NCBI GenBank assembly: GCA_032718475.1
Contig: JAUCBJ010002851.1
Span: 1 to 34,781 of the forward strand
Direction of reading: 5' to 3'
DNA: 34,781 bases
Source: Nemertoderma westbladi
Taxonomy: Eukaryota; Animalia; Xenacoelomorpha
In this document: positions 1 to 15,000 of the stretch, in pieces
Layout of the letters: each line of letters begins with the position of its first letter
Numbering within the stretch: the first letter of the stretch is position 1
Notes under the pieces: generated by a model
Told to the model about the DNA's origin: nothing
Databases searched by the model: none
Seen by the model: the letters and a program-made list of their open reading frames with translations, nothing else
Translations under genes and position numbers: made by a program

Positions 1-3000
1 TACTTACATTCCTGGCTTCGTAACTTTTCCATCTCTCCACTACTTACATTCCTGGCTTCGTAACTTTACCATCTCTCCACTACTTACATTCCTGGCTTCG
101 TAACTTTTCCATCTCCCCACTACTTACATTCCTGGCTTCGTAACTTTTCCATCTCCCCACTACTTACATTCCTGGCTTTGTAACTTGTCCATCTCTCCAC
201 TACTTACATTCCTGGCTTCGTAACTTTTCCATCTGTCCACTACTTACATTCCTGCCTTCGTAACTTTTCCATCTCTCCACTACTTACATTCCTGGCTTCG
301 TAACTTTTCCATCTCTCCACTACTTACATTCCTGGCTTCGTAACTTTTCCATCTCCCCACTACTTACATTCCCGGCTTCGTAACTTTTCCATCTGTCCAC
401 TACTTACATTCCTGGCTTCGTAACTTTTCCATCTGTCCACTACTTACATTCCTGGCTTCGTAACTTATCCATCGGTCCACTACTTACATTCCTGGCTTCG
501 TAACTTTTCCATCTGTCCACTACTTACATTCCTGGCTTCGTAACTTGTCCATCTCCCCACTACTTACATTCCTGGCTTCGTAACTTTTCCATCTCCCCAC
601 TACTTACATTCCTGGCTTCGTAACTTTTCCATCTCTCCACTACTTACATTCCTGGCTTCGTAACTTTTCCATCTCTCCACTACATACATTCCTGGCTTCG
701 TAACTTTTCCATCTCCCCACTACTTACATTCCTGGCTTCGTAACTTTTCCATCTGTCCACTACTTACATTCCTGGCATCGTAACTTTTCCATCTCCCCAC
801 TACTTACATTCCTGGCTTCGTAACTTTTCCATCTCCCCACTACTTACATTCCTGGCTTCGTAACTTTTCCATCTCCCCACTACTTACATTCCCGGCTTCG
901 TAACTTTTCCATCTGTCCACTACTTACATTCCTGGCTTCGTAACTTTTCCATCTGTCCACTACTTACATTCCTGGCTTCGTAACTTTTCCATCGGTCCAC
1001 TACTTACATTCCTGGCTTCGTAACTTTTCCATCTGTCCACTACTTACATTCCTGGCTTCGTAACTTGTCCATCTCCCCACTACTTACATTCCTGGCTTCG
1101 TAACTTTTCCATCTCCCCACTACTTACATTCCTGGCTTCGTAACTTTTCCATCTCTCCACTACTTACATTCCTGGCTTCGTAACTTTTCCATCTCTCCAC
1201 TACTTACATTCCTGGCTTCGTAACTTTTCCATCTCCCCACTACTTACATTCCTGGCTTCGTAACTTTTCCATCTGTCCACTACTTACATTCCTGGCTTCG
1301 TAACTTTTCCATCTGTCCACTACTTACATTCCTGGCTTCGTAACTTTTCCATCTCCCCACTACTTACATTCCTGGCTTCGTAACTTTTCCATCTCTCCAC
1401 TACTTACATTCCTGGCTTCGTAACTTTACCATCTCTCCACTACTTACATTCCTGGCTTCGTAACTTTTCCATCTCTCCACTACTTACATTCCTGGCTTCG
1501 TAACTTTTCCATCTCCCCACTACTTACATTCCTGGCTTCGTAACTTTTCCATCTCTCCACTACTTACATTCCTGGCTTCGTAACTTTTCCATCTCCCCAC
1601 TACTTACATTCCCGGCTTCGTAACTTTTCCATCTCCCCACTACTTACATTCCTGGCTTCGTAACTTTTCCATCTGTCCACTACTTACATTCCCGGCTTCG
1701 TAACTTTTCCATCTGTCCACTACTTACATTCCTGGCTTCGTAACTTTTCCATCTGTCCACTACTTACATTCCTGGCTTCGTAACTTTTCCATCTGTCCAC
1801 TACTTACATTCCTGGCTTCGTAACTTTTCCATCTCTCCACTACTTACATTCCTGGCTTCGTAACTTTTCCATCTCCCCACTACTTACATTCCCGGCTTAG
1901 TAACTTTACCATCTCCCCACTACTTCCATTCCTGGCTTCGTAACTTTTCCATCTCTCCACTACTTACATTCCCGGCTTCGTAACTTTTCCATCTGTCCAC
2001 TACTTACATTCCTGGCTTCGTAACTTTTCCATCTGTCCACTACTTACATTCCTGGCTTCGTAACTTTTCCATCTGTCCACTACTTACATTCCTGGCTTCG
2101 TAACTTTTCCATCTGTCCACTACTTACATTCCTGGCTTCGTAACTTTTCCATCTCTCCACTACTTACATTCCTGGCTTCGTAACTTTTCCATCTCTCCAC
2201 TACTTACATTCCTGGCTTCGTAACTTGTCCATCTCCCCACTACTTACATTCCTGGCTTCGTAACTTTTCCATCTCTCCACTACTTACATTCCTGGCTTCG
2301 TAACTTTTCCATCTCCCCACTACTTACATTCCTGGCTTCGTAACTTTTCCATCTCTCCACTACTTACATTCCTGGCTTCGTAACTTTTCCATCTCCCCAC
2401 TACTTACATTCCTGGCTTCGTAACTTTTCCATCTCCCCACTACTTACATTCCTGGCTTCGTAACTTTTCCATCTCCCCACTACTTACATTCCTGGCTTCG
2501 TAACTTTTCCATCTCTCCACTACTTACATTCCTGGCTTCGTAACTTTTCCATCTCCCCACTACTTACATTCCTGGCTTCGTAACTTTTCCATCTCCCCAC
2601 TACTTACATTCCTGGCTTCGTAACTTTTCCATCTCTCCACTACTTACATTCCTGGCTTCGTAACTTTTCCATCTCCCCACTACTTACATTCCTGGCTTCG
2701 TAACTTTTCCATCTCTCCACTACTTACATTCCTGGCTTCGTAACTTTTCCATCTCCCCACTACTTACATTCCTGGCTTCGTAACTTTTCCATCTCCCCAC
2801 TACTTACATTCCTGGCTTCGTAACTTTTCCATCTCCCCACTACTTACATTCCTGGCTTCGTAACTTTTCCATCTCCCCACTACTTACATTCCTGGCTTCG
2901 TAACTTTTCCATCTGTCCACTACTTACATTCCTGGCTTCGTAACTTTTCCATCTCCCCACTACTTACATTCCTGGCTTCGTAACTTTTCCATCTGTCCAC

Positions 3001-6000
3001 TACTTACATTCCTGGCTTCGTAACTTTTCCATCTCTCCACTACTTACATTCCTGGCTTCGTAACTTTTCCATCTGTCCACTACTTACATTCCTGGCTTCG
3101 TAACTTTTCCATCTCCCCACTACTTACATTCCTGGCTTCGTAACTTTTCCATCTGTCCACTACTTACATTCCTGGCTTCGTAACTTTTCCATCTCCCCAC
3201 TACTTACATTCCTGGCTTCGTAACTTTTCCATCTCCCCACTACTTACATTCCTGGCTTCGTAACTTTTCCATCTGTCCACTACTTACATTCCTGGCTTCG
3301 TAACTTTACCATCTCTCCACTACTTACATTCCTGGCTTCGTAACTTTTCCATCTCCCCACTACTTACATTCCTGGCTTCGTAACTTTTCCATCTCCCCAC
3401 TACTTACATTCCTGGCTTCGTAACTTTTCCATCTCTCCACTACTTACATTCCTGGCTTCGTAACTTTTCCATCTCCCCACTACTTACATTCCTGGCTTCG
3501 TAACTTTTCCATCTCCCCACTACTTACATTCCTGGCTTCGTAACTTTTCCATCTCCCCACTACTTACATTCCTGGCTTCGTAACTTTTCCATCTCCCCAC
3601 TACTTACATTCCTGGCTTCGTAACTTTTCCATCTCCCCACTACTTACATTCCTGGCTTCGTAACTTTTCCATCTCCCCACTACTTACATTCCTGGCTTCG
3701 TAACTTTTCCATCTGTCCACTACTTACATTCCTGGCTTCGTAACTTTTCCATCTCCCCACTACTTACATTCCTGGCTTCGTAACTTTTCCATCTCCCCAC
3801 TACTTACATTCCTGGCTTCGTAACTTTTCCATCTCCCCACTACTTACATTCCTGGCTTCGTAACTTTTCCATCTCCCCACTACTTACATTCCTGGCTTCG
3901 TAACTTTTCCATCTCCCCACTACTTACATTCCTGGCTTCGTAACTTTTCCATCTCCCCACTACTTACATTCCTGGCTTCGTAACTTTTCCATCTGTCCAC
4001 TACTTACATTCCTGGCTTCGTAACTTTTCCATCTCCCCACTACTTACATTCCTGGCTTCGTAACTTTTCCATCTCCCCACTACTTACATTCCTGGCTTCG
4101 TAACTTTTCCATCTCCCCACTACTTACATTCCTGGCTTCGTAACTTTTCCATCTCCCCACTACTTACATTCCTGGCTTCGTAACTTTTCCATCTCCCCAC
4201 TACTTACATTCCTGGCTTCGTAACTTTTCCATCTCTCCACTACTTACATTCCTGGCTTCGTAACTTTTCCATCTGTCCACTACTTACATTCCTGGCTTCG
4301 TAACTTTTCCATCTCCCCACTACTTACATTCCTGGCTTCGTAACTTTTCCATCTCCCCACTACTTACATTCCTGGCTTCGTAACTTTTCCATCTCCCCAC
4401 TACTTACATTCCTGGCTTCGTAACTTTTCCATCTCCCCACTACTTACATTCCTGGCTTCGTAACTTTTCCATCTGTCCACTACTTACATTCCTGGCTTCG
4501 TAACTTTTCCATCTCCCCACTACTTACATTCCTGGCTTCGTAACTTTTCCATCTCCCCACTACTTACATTCCTGGCTTCGTAACTTTTCCATCTCCCCAC
4601 TACTTACATTCCTGGCTTCGTAACTTTTCCATCTGTCCACTACTTACATTCCTGGCTTCGTAACTTTTCCATCTCCCCACTACTTACATTCCTGGCTTCG
4701 TAACTTTTCCATCTCCCCACTACTTACATTCCTGGCTTCGTAACTTTTCCATCTCCCCACTACTTACATTCCTGGCTTCGTAACTTTTCCATCTCCCCAC
4801 TACTTACATTCCTGGCTTCGTAACTTTTCCATCTGTCCACTACTTACATTCCTGGCTTCGTAACTTTTCCATCTCCCCACTACTTACATTCCTGGCTTCG
4901 TAACTTTTCCATCTCCCCACTACTTACATTCCTGGCTTCGTAACTTTTCCATCTCCCCACTACTTACATTCCTGGCTTCGTAACTTTTCCATCTCCCCAC
5001 TACTTACATTCCTGGCTTCGTAACTTTTCCATCTGTCCACTACTTACATTCCTGGCTTCGTAACTTTTCCATCTCCCCACTACTTACATTCCTGGCTTCG
5101 TAACTTTTCCATCTCCCCACTACTTACATTCCTGGCTTCGTAACTTTTCCATCTCCCCACTACTTACATTCCTGGCTTCGTAACTTTTCCATCTCCCCAC
5201 TACTTACATTCCTGGCTTCGTAACTTTTCCATCTCCCCACTACTTCCACTCCCGACTTCGTAACTTTTCCATCTGTCCACTACTTACATTCCTGGCTTCG
5301 TAACTTTTCCATCTCCCCACTACTTACATTCCTGGCTTCGTAACTTTTCCATCTCCCCACTACTTACATTCCTGGCTTCGTAACTTTTCCATCTCTCCAC
5401 TACTTACATTCCTGGCTTCGTAACTTTTCCATCTCCCCACTACTTACATTCCTGGCTTCGTAACTTTTCCATCTCCCCACTACTTACATTCCTGGCTTCG
5501 TAACTTTTCCATCTCCCCACTACTTACATTCCTGGCTTCGTAACTTTTCCATCTCTCCACTACTTACATTCCTGGCTTCGTAACTTTTCCATCTGTCCAC
5601 TACTTACATTCCTGGCTTCGTAACTTTTCCATCTCCCCACTACTTACATTCCTGGCTTCGTAACTTTTCCATCTCCCCACTACTTACATTCCTGGCTTCG
5701 TAACTTTTCCATCTCTCCACTACTTACATTCCTGGCTTCGTAACTTTTCCATCTCCCCACTACTTACATTCCTGGCTTCGTAACTTTTCCATCTCCCCAC
5801 TACTTACATTCCTGGCTTCGTAACTTTTCCATCTGTCCACTACTTACATTCCTGGCTTCGTAACTTTTCCATCTCCCCACTACTTACATTCCTGGCTTCG
5901 TAACTTTTCCATCTCCCCACTACTTACATTCCTGGCTTCGTAACTTTTCCATCTCCCCACTACTTACATTCCTGGCTTCGTAACTTTACCATCTCTCCAC

Positions 6001-9000
6001 TACTTACATTCCTGGCTTCGTAACTTTTCCATCTCCCCACTACTTACATTCCTGGCTTCGTAACTTTTCCATCTCCCCACTACTTACATTCCTGGCTTCG
6101 TAACTTTTCCATCTGTCCACTACTTACATTCCTGGCTTCGTAACTTTTCCATCTCCCCACTACTTACATTCCTGGCTTCGTAACTTTTCCATCTCCCCAC
6201 TACTTACATTCCTGGCTTCGTAACTTTTCCATCTCTCCACTACTTACATTCCTGGCTTCGTAACTTTTCCATCTCTCCACTACTTACATTCCTGGCTTCG
6301 TAACTTTTCCATCTGTCCACTACTTACATTCCTGGCTTCGTAACTTTTCCATCTCCCCACTACTTACATTCCTGGCTTCGTAACTTTTCCATCTCCCCAC
6401 TACTTACATTCCTGGCTTCGTAACTTTTCCATCTCTCCACTACTTACATTCCTGGCTTCGTAACTTTTCCATCTCCCCACTACTTACATTCCTGGCTTCG
6501 TAACTTTTCCATCTCTCCACTACTTACATTCCTGGCTTCGTAACTTTTCCATCTCCCCACTACTTACATTCCTGGCTTCGTAACTTTTCCATCTCCCCAC
6601 TACTTACATTCCTGGCTTCGTAACTTTTCCATCTCCCCACTACTTACATTCCTGGCTTCGTAACTTTTCCATCTCTCCACTACTTACATTCCTGGCTTCG
6701 TAACTTTTCCATCTGTCCACTACTTCCATTCCTGGCTTCGTAACTTTTCCATCTGTCCACTACTTACATTCCTGCCTTCGTAACTTTTCCATCTCCCCAC
6801 TACTTACATTCCTGGCTTCGTAACTTTTCCATCTGTCCACTACTTACATTCCTGGCTTCGTAACTTTACCATCTCTCCACTACTTACATTCCTGGCTTCG
6901 TAACTTTTCCATCTCTCCACTACTTACATTCCTGGCTTCGTAACTTTTCCATCTGTCCACTACTTACATTCCTGACTTCGTAACTTTTCCATCTCTCCAC
7001 TACTTACATTCCTGGCTTCGTAACTTTTCCATCTCCCCACTACTTACATTCCTGGCTTCGTAACTTTTCCATCTCCCCACTACTTACATTCCTGACTTCG
7101 TAACTTTTCCATCTCTCCACTACTTACATTCCTGGCTTCGTAACTTTTCCATCTCCCCACTACTTACATTCCTGACTTCGTAACTTTTCCATCTCTCCAC
7201 TACTTACATTCCTGGCTTCGTAACTTTTCCATCTCCCCACTACTTACATTCCTGGCTTCGTAACTTTTCCATCTCCCCACTACTTACATTCCTGGCTTCG
7301 TAACTTTTCCATCTCTCCACTACTTACATTCCTGGCTTCGTAACTTTTCCATCTCTCCACTACTTACATTCCTGGCTTCGTAACTTTTCCATCTCTCCAC
7401 TACTTACATTCCTGACTTCGTAACTTTTCCATCTCTCCACTACTTACATTCCTGGCTTCGTAACTTTTCCATCTCCCCACTACTTACATTCCTGGCTTCG
7501 TAACTTTTCCATCTCCCCACTACTTACATTCCTGGCTTCGTAACTTTTCCATCTCCCCACTACTTACATTCCTGGCTTCGTAACTTTTCCATCTCTCCAC
7601 TACTTACATTCCTGGCTTCGTAACTTTTCCATCTCCCCACTACTTACATTCCTGGCTTCGTAACTTTTCCATCTCCCCACTACTTACATTCCTGGCTTCG
7701 TAACATTTCCATCTCCCCACTACTTACATTCCTGGCTTCGTAACTTTTCCATCTGTCCACTACTTACATTCCTGACTTCGTAACTTTTCCATCTCTCCAC
7801 TACTTACATTCCTGGCTTCGTAACTTTTCCATCTCCCCACTACTTACATTCCTGGCTTCGTAACTTTTCCATCTCCCCACTACTTACATTCCTGGCTTCG
7901 TAACTTTTCCATCTCCCCACTACTTACATTCCTGGCTTCGTAACTTTTCCATTTCCCCACTACTTACATTCCTGGCTTCGTAACTTTTCCATCTGTCCAC
8001 TACTTACATTCCTGGCTTCGTAACTTTTCCATCTCTCCACTACTTACATTCCTGGCTTCGTAACTTTACCATCTCTCCACTACTTACATTCCTGGCTTCG
8101 TAACTTTTCCATCTCCCCACTACTTACATTCCTGGCTTCGTAACTTTTCCATCTCCCCACTACTTACATTCCTGGCTTTGTAACTTTTCCATCTCCCCAC
8201 TACTTACATTCCTGGCTTTGTAACTTTTCCATCCCCACTACTTACATTCCTGGCTTCGTAACTTTTCCATCTCCCCACTACTTACATTCCTGGCTTTGTA
8301 ACTTTTCCATCTCCCCACTACTTACATTCCTGGCTTCGTAACTTTTCCATCTCCCCACTACTTACATTCCTGGCTTCGTAACTTTTCCATCTCCCCACTA
8401 CTTACATTCCTGGCTTCGTAACTTTTCCATCTCCCCACTACTTACATTCCCGGCTTCGTAACTTTTCCATCTCCCCACTACTTACATTCCTGGCTTTGTA
8501 ACTTTTCCATCTCCCCACTACTTACATTCCTGGCTTTGTAACTTTTCCATCTCCCCACTACTTACATTCCTGGCTTTGTAACTTTTCCATCTCCCCACTA
8601 CTTACATTCCTGGCTTTGTAACTTTTCCATCTCCCCACTACTTACATTCCTGGCTTCGTAACTTTTCCATCTCCCCACTACTTACATTCCTGGCTTCGTA
8701 ACTTTTCCATCTCCCCACTACTTACATTCCTGGCTTCGTAACTTTTCCATCTCCCCACTACTTACATTCCCGGCTTCGTAACTTTTCCATCTCCCCACTA
8801 CTTACATTCCTGGCTTCGTAACTTTTCCATCTGTCCACTACTTACATTCCTGACTTCGTAACTTTTCCATCTCTCCACTACTTACATTCCTGGCTTCGTA
8901 ACTTTACCATCTCTCCACTACTTACATTCCTGGCTTCGTAACTTTACCATCTCTCCACTACTTACATTCCTGGCTTCGTAACTTTTCCATCTCCCCACTA

Positions 9001-12000
9001 CTTACATTCCTGGCTTCGTAACTTTACCATCTCTCCACTACTTACATTCCTGGCTTCGTAACTTTTCCATCTCCCCACTACTTACATTCCTGGCTTCGTA
9101 ACTTTTCCATCTGTCCACTACTTACATTCCTGACTTCGTAACTTTTCCATCTCTCCACTACTTACATTCCTGGCTTCGTAACTTTTCCATCTCCCCACTA
9201 CTTACATTCCTGGCTTCGTAACTTTTCCATCTCCCCACTACTTACATTCCTGGCTTCGTAACTTTTCCATCTCCCCACTACTTACATTCCTGGCTTCGTA
9301 ACTTTTCCATTTCCCCACTACTTACATTCCTGGCTTCGTAACTTTTCCATCTGTCCACTACTTACATTCCTGGCTTCGTAACTTTTCCATCTCTCCACTA
9401 CTTACATTCCTGGCTTCGTAACTTTACCATCTCTCCACTACTTACATTCCTGGCTTCGTAACTTTTCCATCTCCCCACTACTTACATTCCTGGCTTCGTA
9501 ACTTTTCCATCTCCCCACTACTTACATTCCTGGCTTTGTAACTTTTCCATCTCCCCACTACTTACATTCCTGGCTTTGTAACTTTTCCATCTCCCCACTA
9601 CTTACATTCCTGGCTTCGTAACTTTTCCATCTCCCCACTACTTACATTCCTGGCTTTGTAACTTTTCCATCTCCCCACTACTTACATTCCTGGCTTCGTA
9701 ACTTTTCCATCTCCCCACTACTTACATTCCTGGCTTCGTAACTTTTCCATCTCCCCACTACTTACATTCCCGGCTTCGTAACTTTTCCATCTCCCCACTA
9801 CTTACATTCCTGGCTTCGTAACTTTTCCATCTGTCCACTACTTACATTCCTGACTTCGTAACTTTTCCATCTCTCCACTACTTACATTCCTGGCTTCGTA
9901 ACTTTACCATCTCTCCACTACTTACATTCCTGGCTTCGTAACTTTACCATCTCTCCACTACTTACATTCCTGGCTTCGTAACTTTTCCATCTCCCCACTA
10001 CTTACATTCCTGGCTTCGTAACTTTTCCATCTCCCCACTACTTACATTCCTGGCTTTGTAACTTTTCCATCTCCCCACTACTTACATTCCTGGCTTTGTA
10101 ACTTTTCCATCTCCCCACTACTTACATTCCTGGCTTCGTAACTTTTCCATCTCCCCACTACTTACATTCCTGGCTTTGTAACTTTTCCATCTCCCCACTA
10201 CTTACATTCCTGGCTTCGTAACTTTTCCATCTCCCCACTACTTACATTCCTGGCTTCGTAACTTTTCCATCTCCCCACTACTTACATTCCCGGCTTCGTA
10301 ACTTTTCCATCTCCCCACTACTTACATTCCTGGCTTCGTAACTTTTCCATCTGTCCACTACTTACATTCCTGACTTCGTAACTTTTCCATCTCTCCACTA
10401 CTTACATTCCTGGCTTCGTAACTTTTCCATCTGTCCACTACTTACATTCCCGGCTTCGTCACTTTTCCATCTCCCCACTACTTACATTCCTGGCTTCGTA
10501 ACTTTTCCATCTCTCCACTACTTACATTCCTGGCTTCGTAACTTTTCCATCTCCCCACTACTTACATTCCTGGCTTCGTAACTTTTCCATCTCCCCACTA
10601 CTTACATTCCTGGCTTCGTAACTTTTCCATCTCCCCACTACTTACATTCCTGGCTTCGTAACTTTTCCATCTCCCCACTACTTACATTCCTGGCTTCGTA
10701 ACTTTACCATCTCTCCACTACTTACATTCCTGGCTTCGTAACTTTTCCATCTCCCCACTACTTACATTCCTGGCTTCGTAACTTTTCCATCTCCCCACTA
10801 GTTACATTCCTGGCTTCGTAACTTTTCCATCTGTCCACTACTTACATTCCTGGCTTCGTAACTTTTCCATCTCCCCACTACTTACATTCCTGGCTTCGTA
10901 ACTTTTCCATCTCCCCACTACTTACATTCCTGGCTTCGTAACTTTTCCATCTCTCCACTACTTACATTCCTGGCTTCGTAACTTTTCCATCTCTCCACTA
11001 CTTACATTCCTGGCTTCGTAACTTTTCCATCTGTCCACTACTTACATTCCTGACTTCGTAACTTTTCCATCTCTCCACTACTTACATTCCTGGCTTCGTA
11101 ACTTTTCCATCTGTCCACTACTTACATTCCTGACTTCGTAACTTTTCCATCTCTCCACTACTTACATTCCTGGCTTCGTAACTTTTCCATCTGTCCACTA
11201 CTTACATTCCTGACTTCGTAACTTTTCCATCTCTCCACTACTTACATTCCTGGCTTCGTAACTTTTCCATCTGTCCACTACTTACATTCCTGACTTCGTA
11301 ACTTTTCCATCTCCCCACTACTTACATTCCTGGCTTCGTAACTTTTCCATCTCTCCACTACTTACATTCCTGGCTTCGTAACTTTTCCATCTGTCCACTA
11401 CTTACATTCCTGCCTTCGTAACTTTTCCATCTCTCCACTACTTACATTCCTGGCTTCGTAACTTTTCCATCTCCCCACTACTTACATTCCTGGCTTCGTA
11501 ACTTTTCCATCTGTCCACTACTTCCATTCCCGACTTCGTAACTTTTCCATCTGTCCACTACTTACATTCCTGGCTTCATAACTTTTCCATCTGTCCACTA
11601 CTTCCATTCCCGACTTCGTAACTTTTCCATCTGTCCACTACTTCCATTCCCGACTTCGTAACTTTTCCATCTGTCCACTACTTCCATTCCCGACTTCGTA
11701 ACTTTTCCATCTGTCCACTACTTACATTCCTGGCTTCGTAACTTTTCCATCTCCCCACTACTTACATTCCTGGCTTCGTAACTTTTCCATCTCCCCACTA
11801 CTTACATTCCTGGCTTCGTAACTTTTCCATCTGTCCACTACTTCCATTCCCGACTTCGTAACTTTTCCATCTCTCCACTACTTACATTCCTGGCTTCGTA
11901 ACTTTTCCATCTCTCCACTACTTACATTCCTGGCTTCGTAACTTTTCCATCTGTCCACTACTTACATTCCTGGCTTCGTAACTTTTCCATCTCCCCACTA

Positions 12001-15000
12001 CTTACATTCCTGCCTTCGTAACTTTTCCATCTCCCCACTACTTACATTCCTGGCTTCGTAACTTTTCCATCTGTCCACTACTTACATTCCTGGCTTCTCA
12101 ACTTTTCCATCTGTCCACTACTTCCATTCCCGACTTCGTAACTTTTCCATCTGTCCACTACTTACATTCCTGGCTTCATAACTTTTCCATCTCTCCACTA
12201 CTTACATTCCCGACTTCGTAACTTTTCCATCTGTCCACTACTTACATTCCTGGCTTCATAACTTTTCCATCTGTCCACTACTTACATTCCTGGCTTCGTA
12301 ACTTTTCCATCTGTCCACTACTTACATTCCTGGCTTCATAACTTTTCCATCTGTCCACTACTTACATTCCTGGCTTCGTAACTTTTCCATCTGTCCACTA
12401 CTTACATTCCTGGCTTCGTAACTTTTCCATCTGTCCACTACTTATATTCCTGGCTTCGTAACTTTTCCATCTGTCCACTACTTACATTCCTGGCTTCGTA
12501 ACTTTTCCATTTCCCCACTACTTACATTCCTGGCTTCTCAACTTTTCCATCTGTCCACTACTTCCATTCCCGACTTCGTAACTTTTCCATCTGTCCACTA
12601 CTTACATTCCTGGCTTCATAACTTTTCCATCTCTCCACTACTTACATTCCCGACTTCGTAACTTTTCCATCTGTCCACTACTTACATTCCTGGCTTCATA
12701 ACTTTTCCATCTGTCCACTACTTACATTCCTGGCTTCGTAACTTTTCCATTTCCCCACTACTTACATTCCTGGCTTCTCAACTTTTCCATCTGTCCACTA
12801 CTTCCACTCCCGACTTCGTAACTTTTCCATCTTTCCACTACTTACATTCCTGGCTTCGTAACTTTTCCATCTGTCCACTACTTACATTCCTGGCTTCGTA
12901 ACTTTACCATCTCCCCACTACTTACATTCCCGGCTTCGTAACTTTTCCATCTCTCCACTACTTACATTCCTGGTTTCGTAACTTTTCCATCTCCCCACTA
13001 CTTACATTCCTGGCTTCGTAACTTTTCCATCTGTCCACTACTTACATTCCTGGCTTCGTAACTTTTCCATCTCCCCACTACTTACATTCCTGGCTTCGTA
13101 ACTTTTCCATCTCCCCACTACTTACATTCCTGGCTTCGTAACTTTTCCATCTCCCCACTACTTACATTCCTGGCTTCGTAACTTTACCATCTCTCCACTA
13201 CTTACATTCCTGGCTTCGTAACTTTTCCTTCTGTCCACTACTTACATTCCTGGCTTCGTAACTTTTCCATCTCCGCACTACTTACATTCCTGGCTTCGTA
13301 ACTTTTCCATCTGTCCACTACTTACATTCCTGGCTTCGTAACTTTTCCATCTCCCCACTACTTACATTCCTGGCTTCGTAACTTTACCATCTCTCCACTA
13401 CTTACATTCCTGGCTTCGTAACTTTTCCTTCTGTCCACTACTTACATTCCTGGCTTCGTAACTTTTCCATCTCCGCACTACTTACATTCCTGGCTTCGTA
13501 ACTTTTCCATCTGTCCACTACTTACATTCCTGGCTTCGTAACTTTTCCATCTCCCCACTACTTACATTCCTGGCTTCGTAACTTTTCCATCTCCCCACTA
13601 CTTACATTCCTGGCTTCGTAACTTTACCATCTCTCCACTACTTACATTCCTGGCTTCGTAACTTTTCCTTCTGTCCACTACTTACATTCCTGGCTTCGTA
13701 ACTTTTCCATCTCCGCACTACTTACATTCCTGGCTTCGTAACTTTTCCATCTGTCCACTACTTACATTCCTGGCTTCGTAACTTTTCCATCTCCCCACTA
13801 CTTACATTCCTGGCTTCGTAACTTTACCATCTCTCCACTACTTACATTCCTGGCTTCGTAACTTTTCCTTCTGTCCACTACTTACATTCCTGGCTTCGTA
13901 ACTTTTCCATCTCCGCACTACTTACATTCCTGGCTTCGTAACTTTTCCATTTCCCCACTACTTACATTCCTGGCTTCGCAACTTTTCCATCTCCCCACTA
14001 CTTACATTCCCGACTTCGTAACTTTTCCATCTGTCCACTACTTACATTCCTGGCTTCGTAACTTTTCCATCTGTCCACTACTTACATTCCTGGCTTCATA
14101 ACTTTTCCATCTGTCCACTACTTACATTCCTGGCTTCGTAACTTTTCCATTTCCCCACTACTTACATTCCTGGCTTCTCAACTTTTCCATCTGTCCACTA
14201 CTTCCACTCCCGACTTCGTAACTTTTCCATCTTTCCACTACTTACATTCCTGGCTTCGTAACTTTACCATCTCTCCACTACTTACATTCCTGGCTTCATA
14301 ACTTTTCCATCTGTCCACTACTTACATTCCTGGCTTCGTAACTTTTCCATTTCCCCACTACTTACATTCCTGGCTTCTCAACTTTTCCATCTGTCCACTA
14401 CTTCCACTCCCGACTTCGTAACTTTTCCATCTTTCCACTACTTACATTCCTGGCTTCGTAACTTTACCATCTCTCCACTACTTACATTCCTGGCTTCGTA
14501 ACTTTTCCATCTCTCCACTACTTACATTCCTGGCTTCGTAACTTTTCCATCTCCCCACTACTTACATTCCTGGCTTCGTAACTTTTCCATCTCCCCACTA
14601 CTTACATTCCTGGCTTCGTAACTTTTCCATCTCTCCACTACTTACATTCCTGGCTTCGTAACTTTTCCATCTGTCCACTACTTACATTCCTGGCTTCGTA
14701 ACTTTTCCATTTCCCCACTACTTACATTCCTGGCTTCGTAACTTTTCCATCTCTCCACTACTTACATTCCTGGCTTCGTAACTTTTCCATCTCTCCACTA
14801 CTTACATTCCTGGCTTCGTAACTTTTCCATCTCCCCACTACTTACATTCCTGGCTTCGTAACTTTTCCATCTCCCCACTACTTACATTCCTGGCTTCGTA
14901 ACTTTTCCATCTCTCCACTACTTACATTCCTGGCTTCGTAACTTTTCCATCTGTCCACTACTTACATTCCTGGCTTCGTAACTTTTCCATTTCCCCACTA

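Noticed and set aside
8201-8238. 38-bp monomer as a functional boundary
   Set aside because: The duplicated block copy at ~9559 is a normal 40-mer, so this is a recent deletion or a sequencing error.
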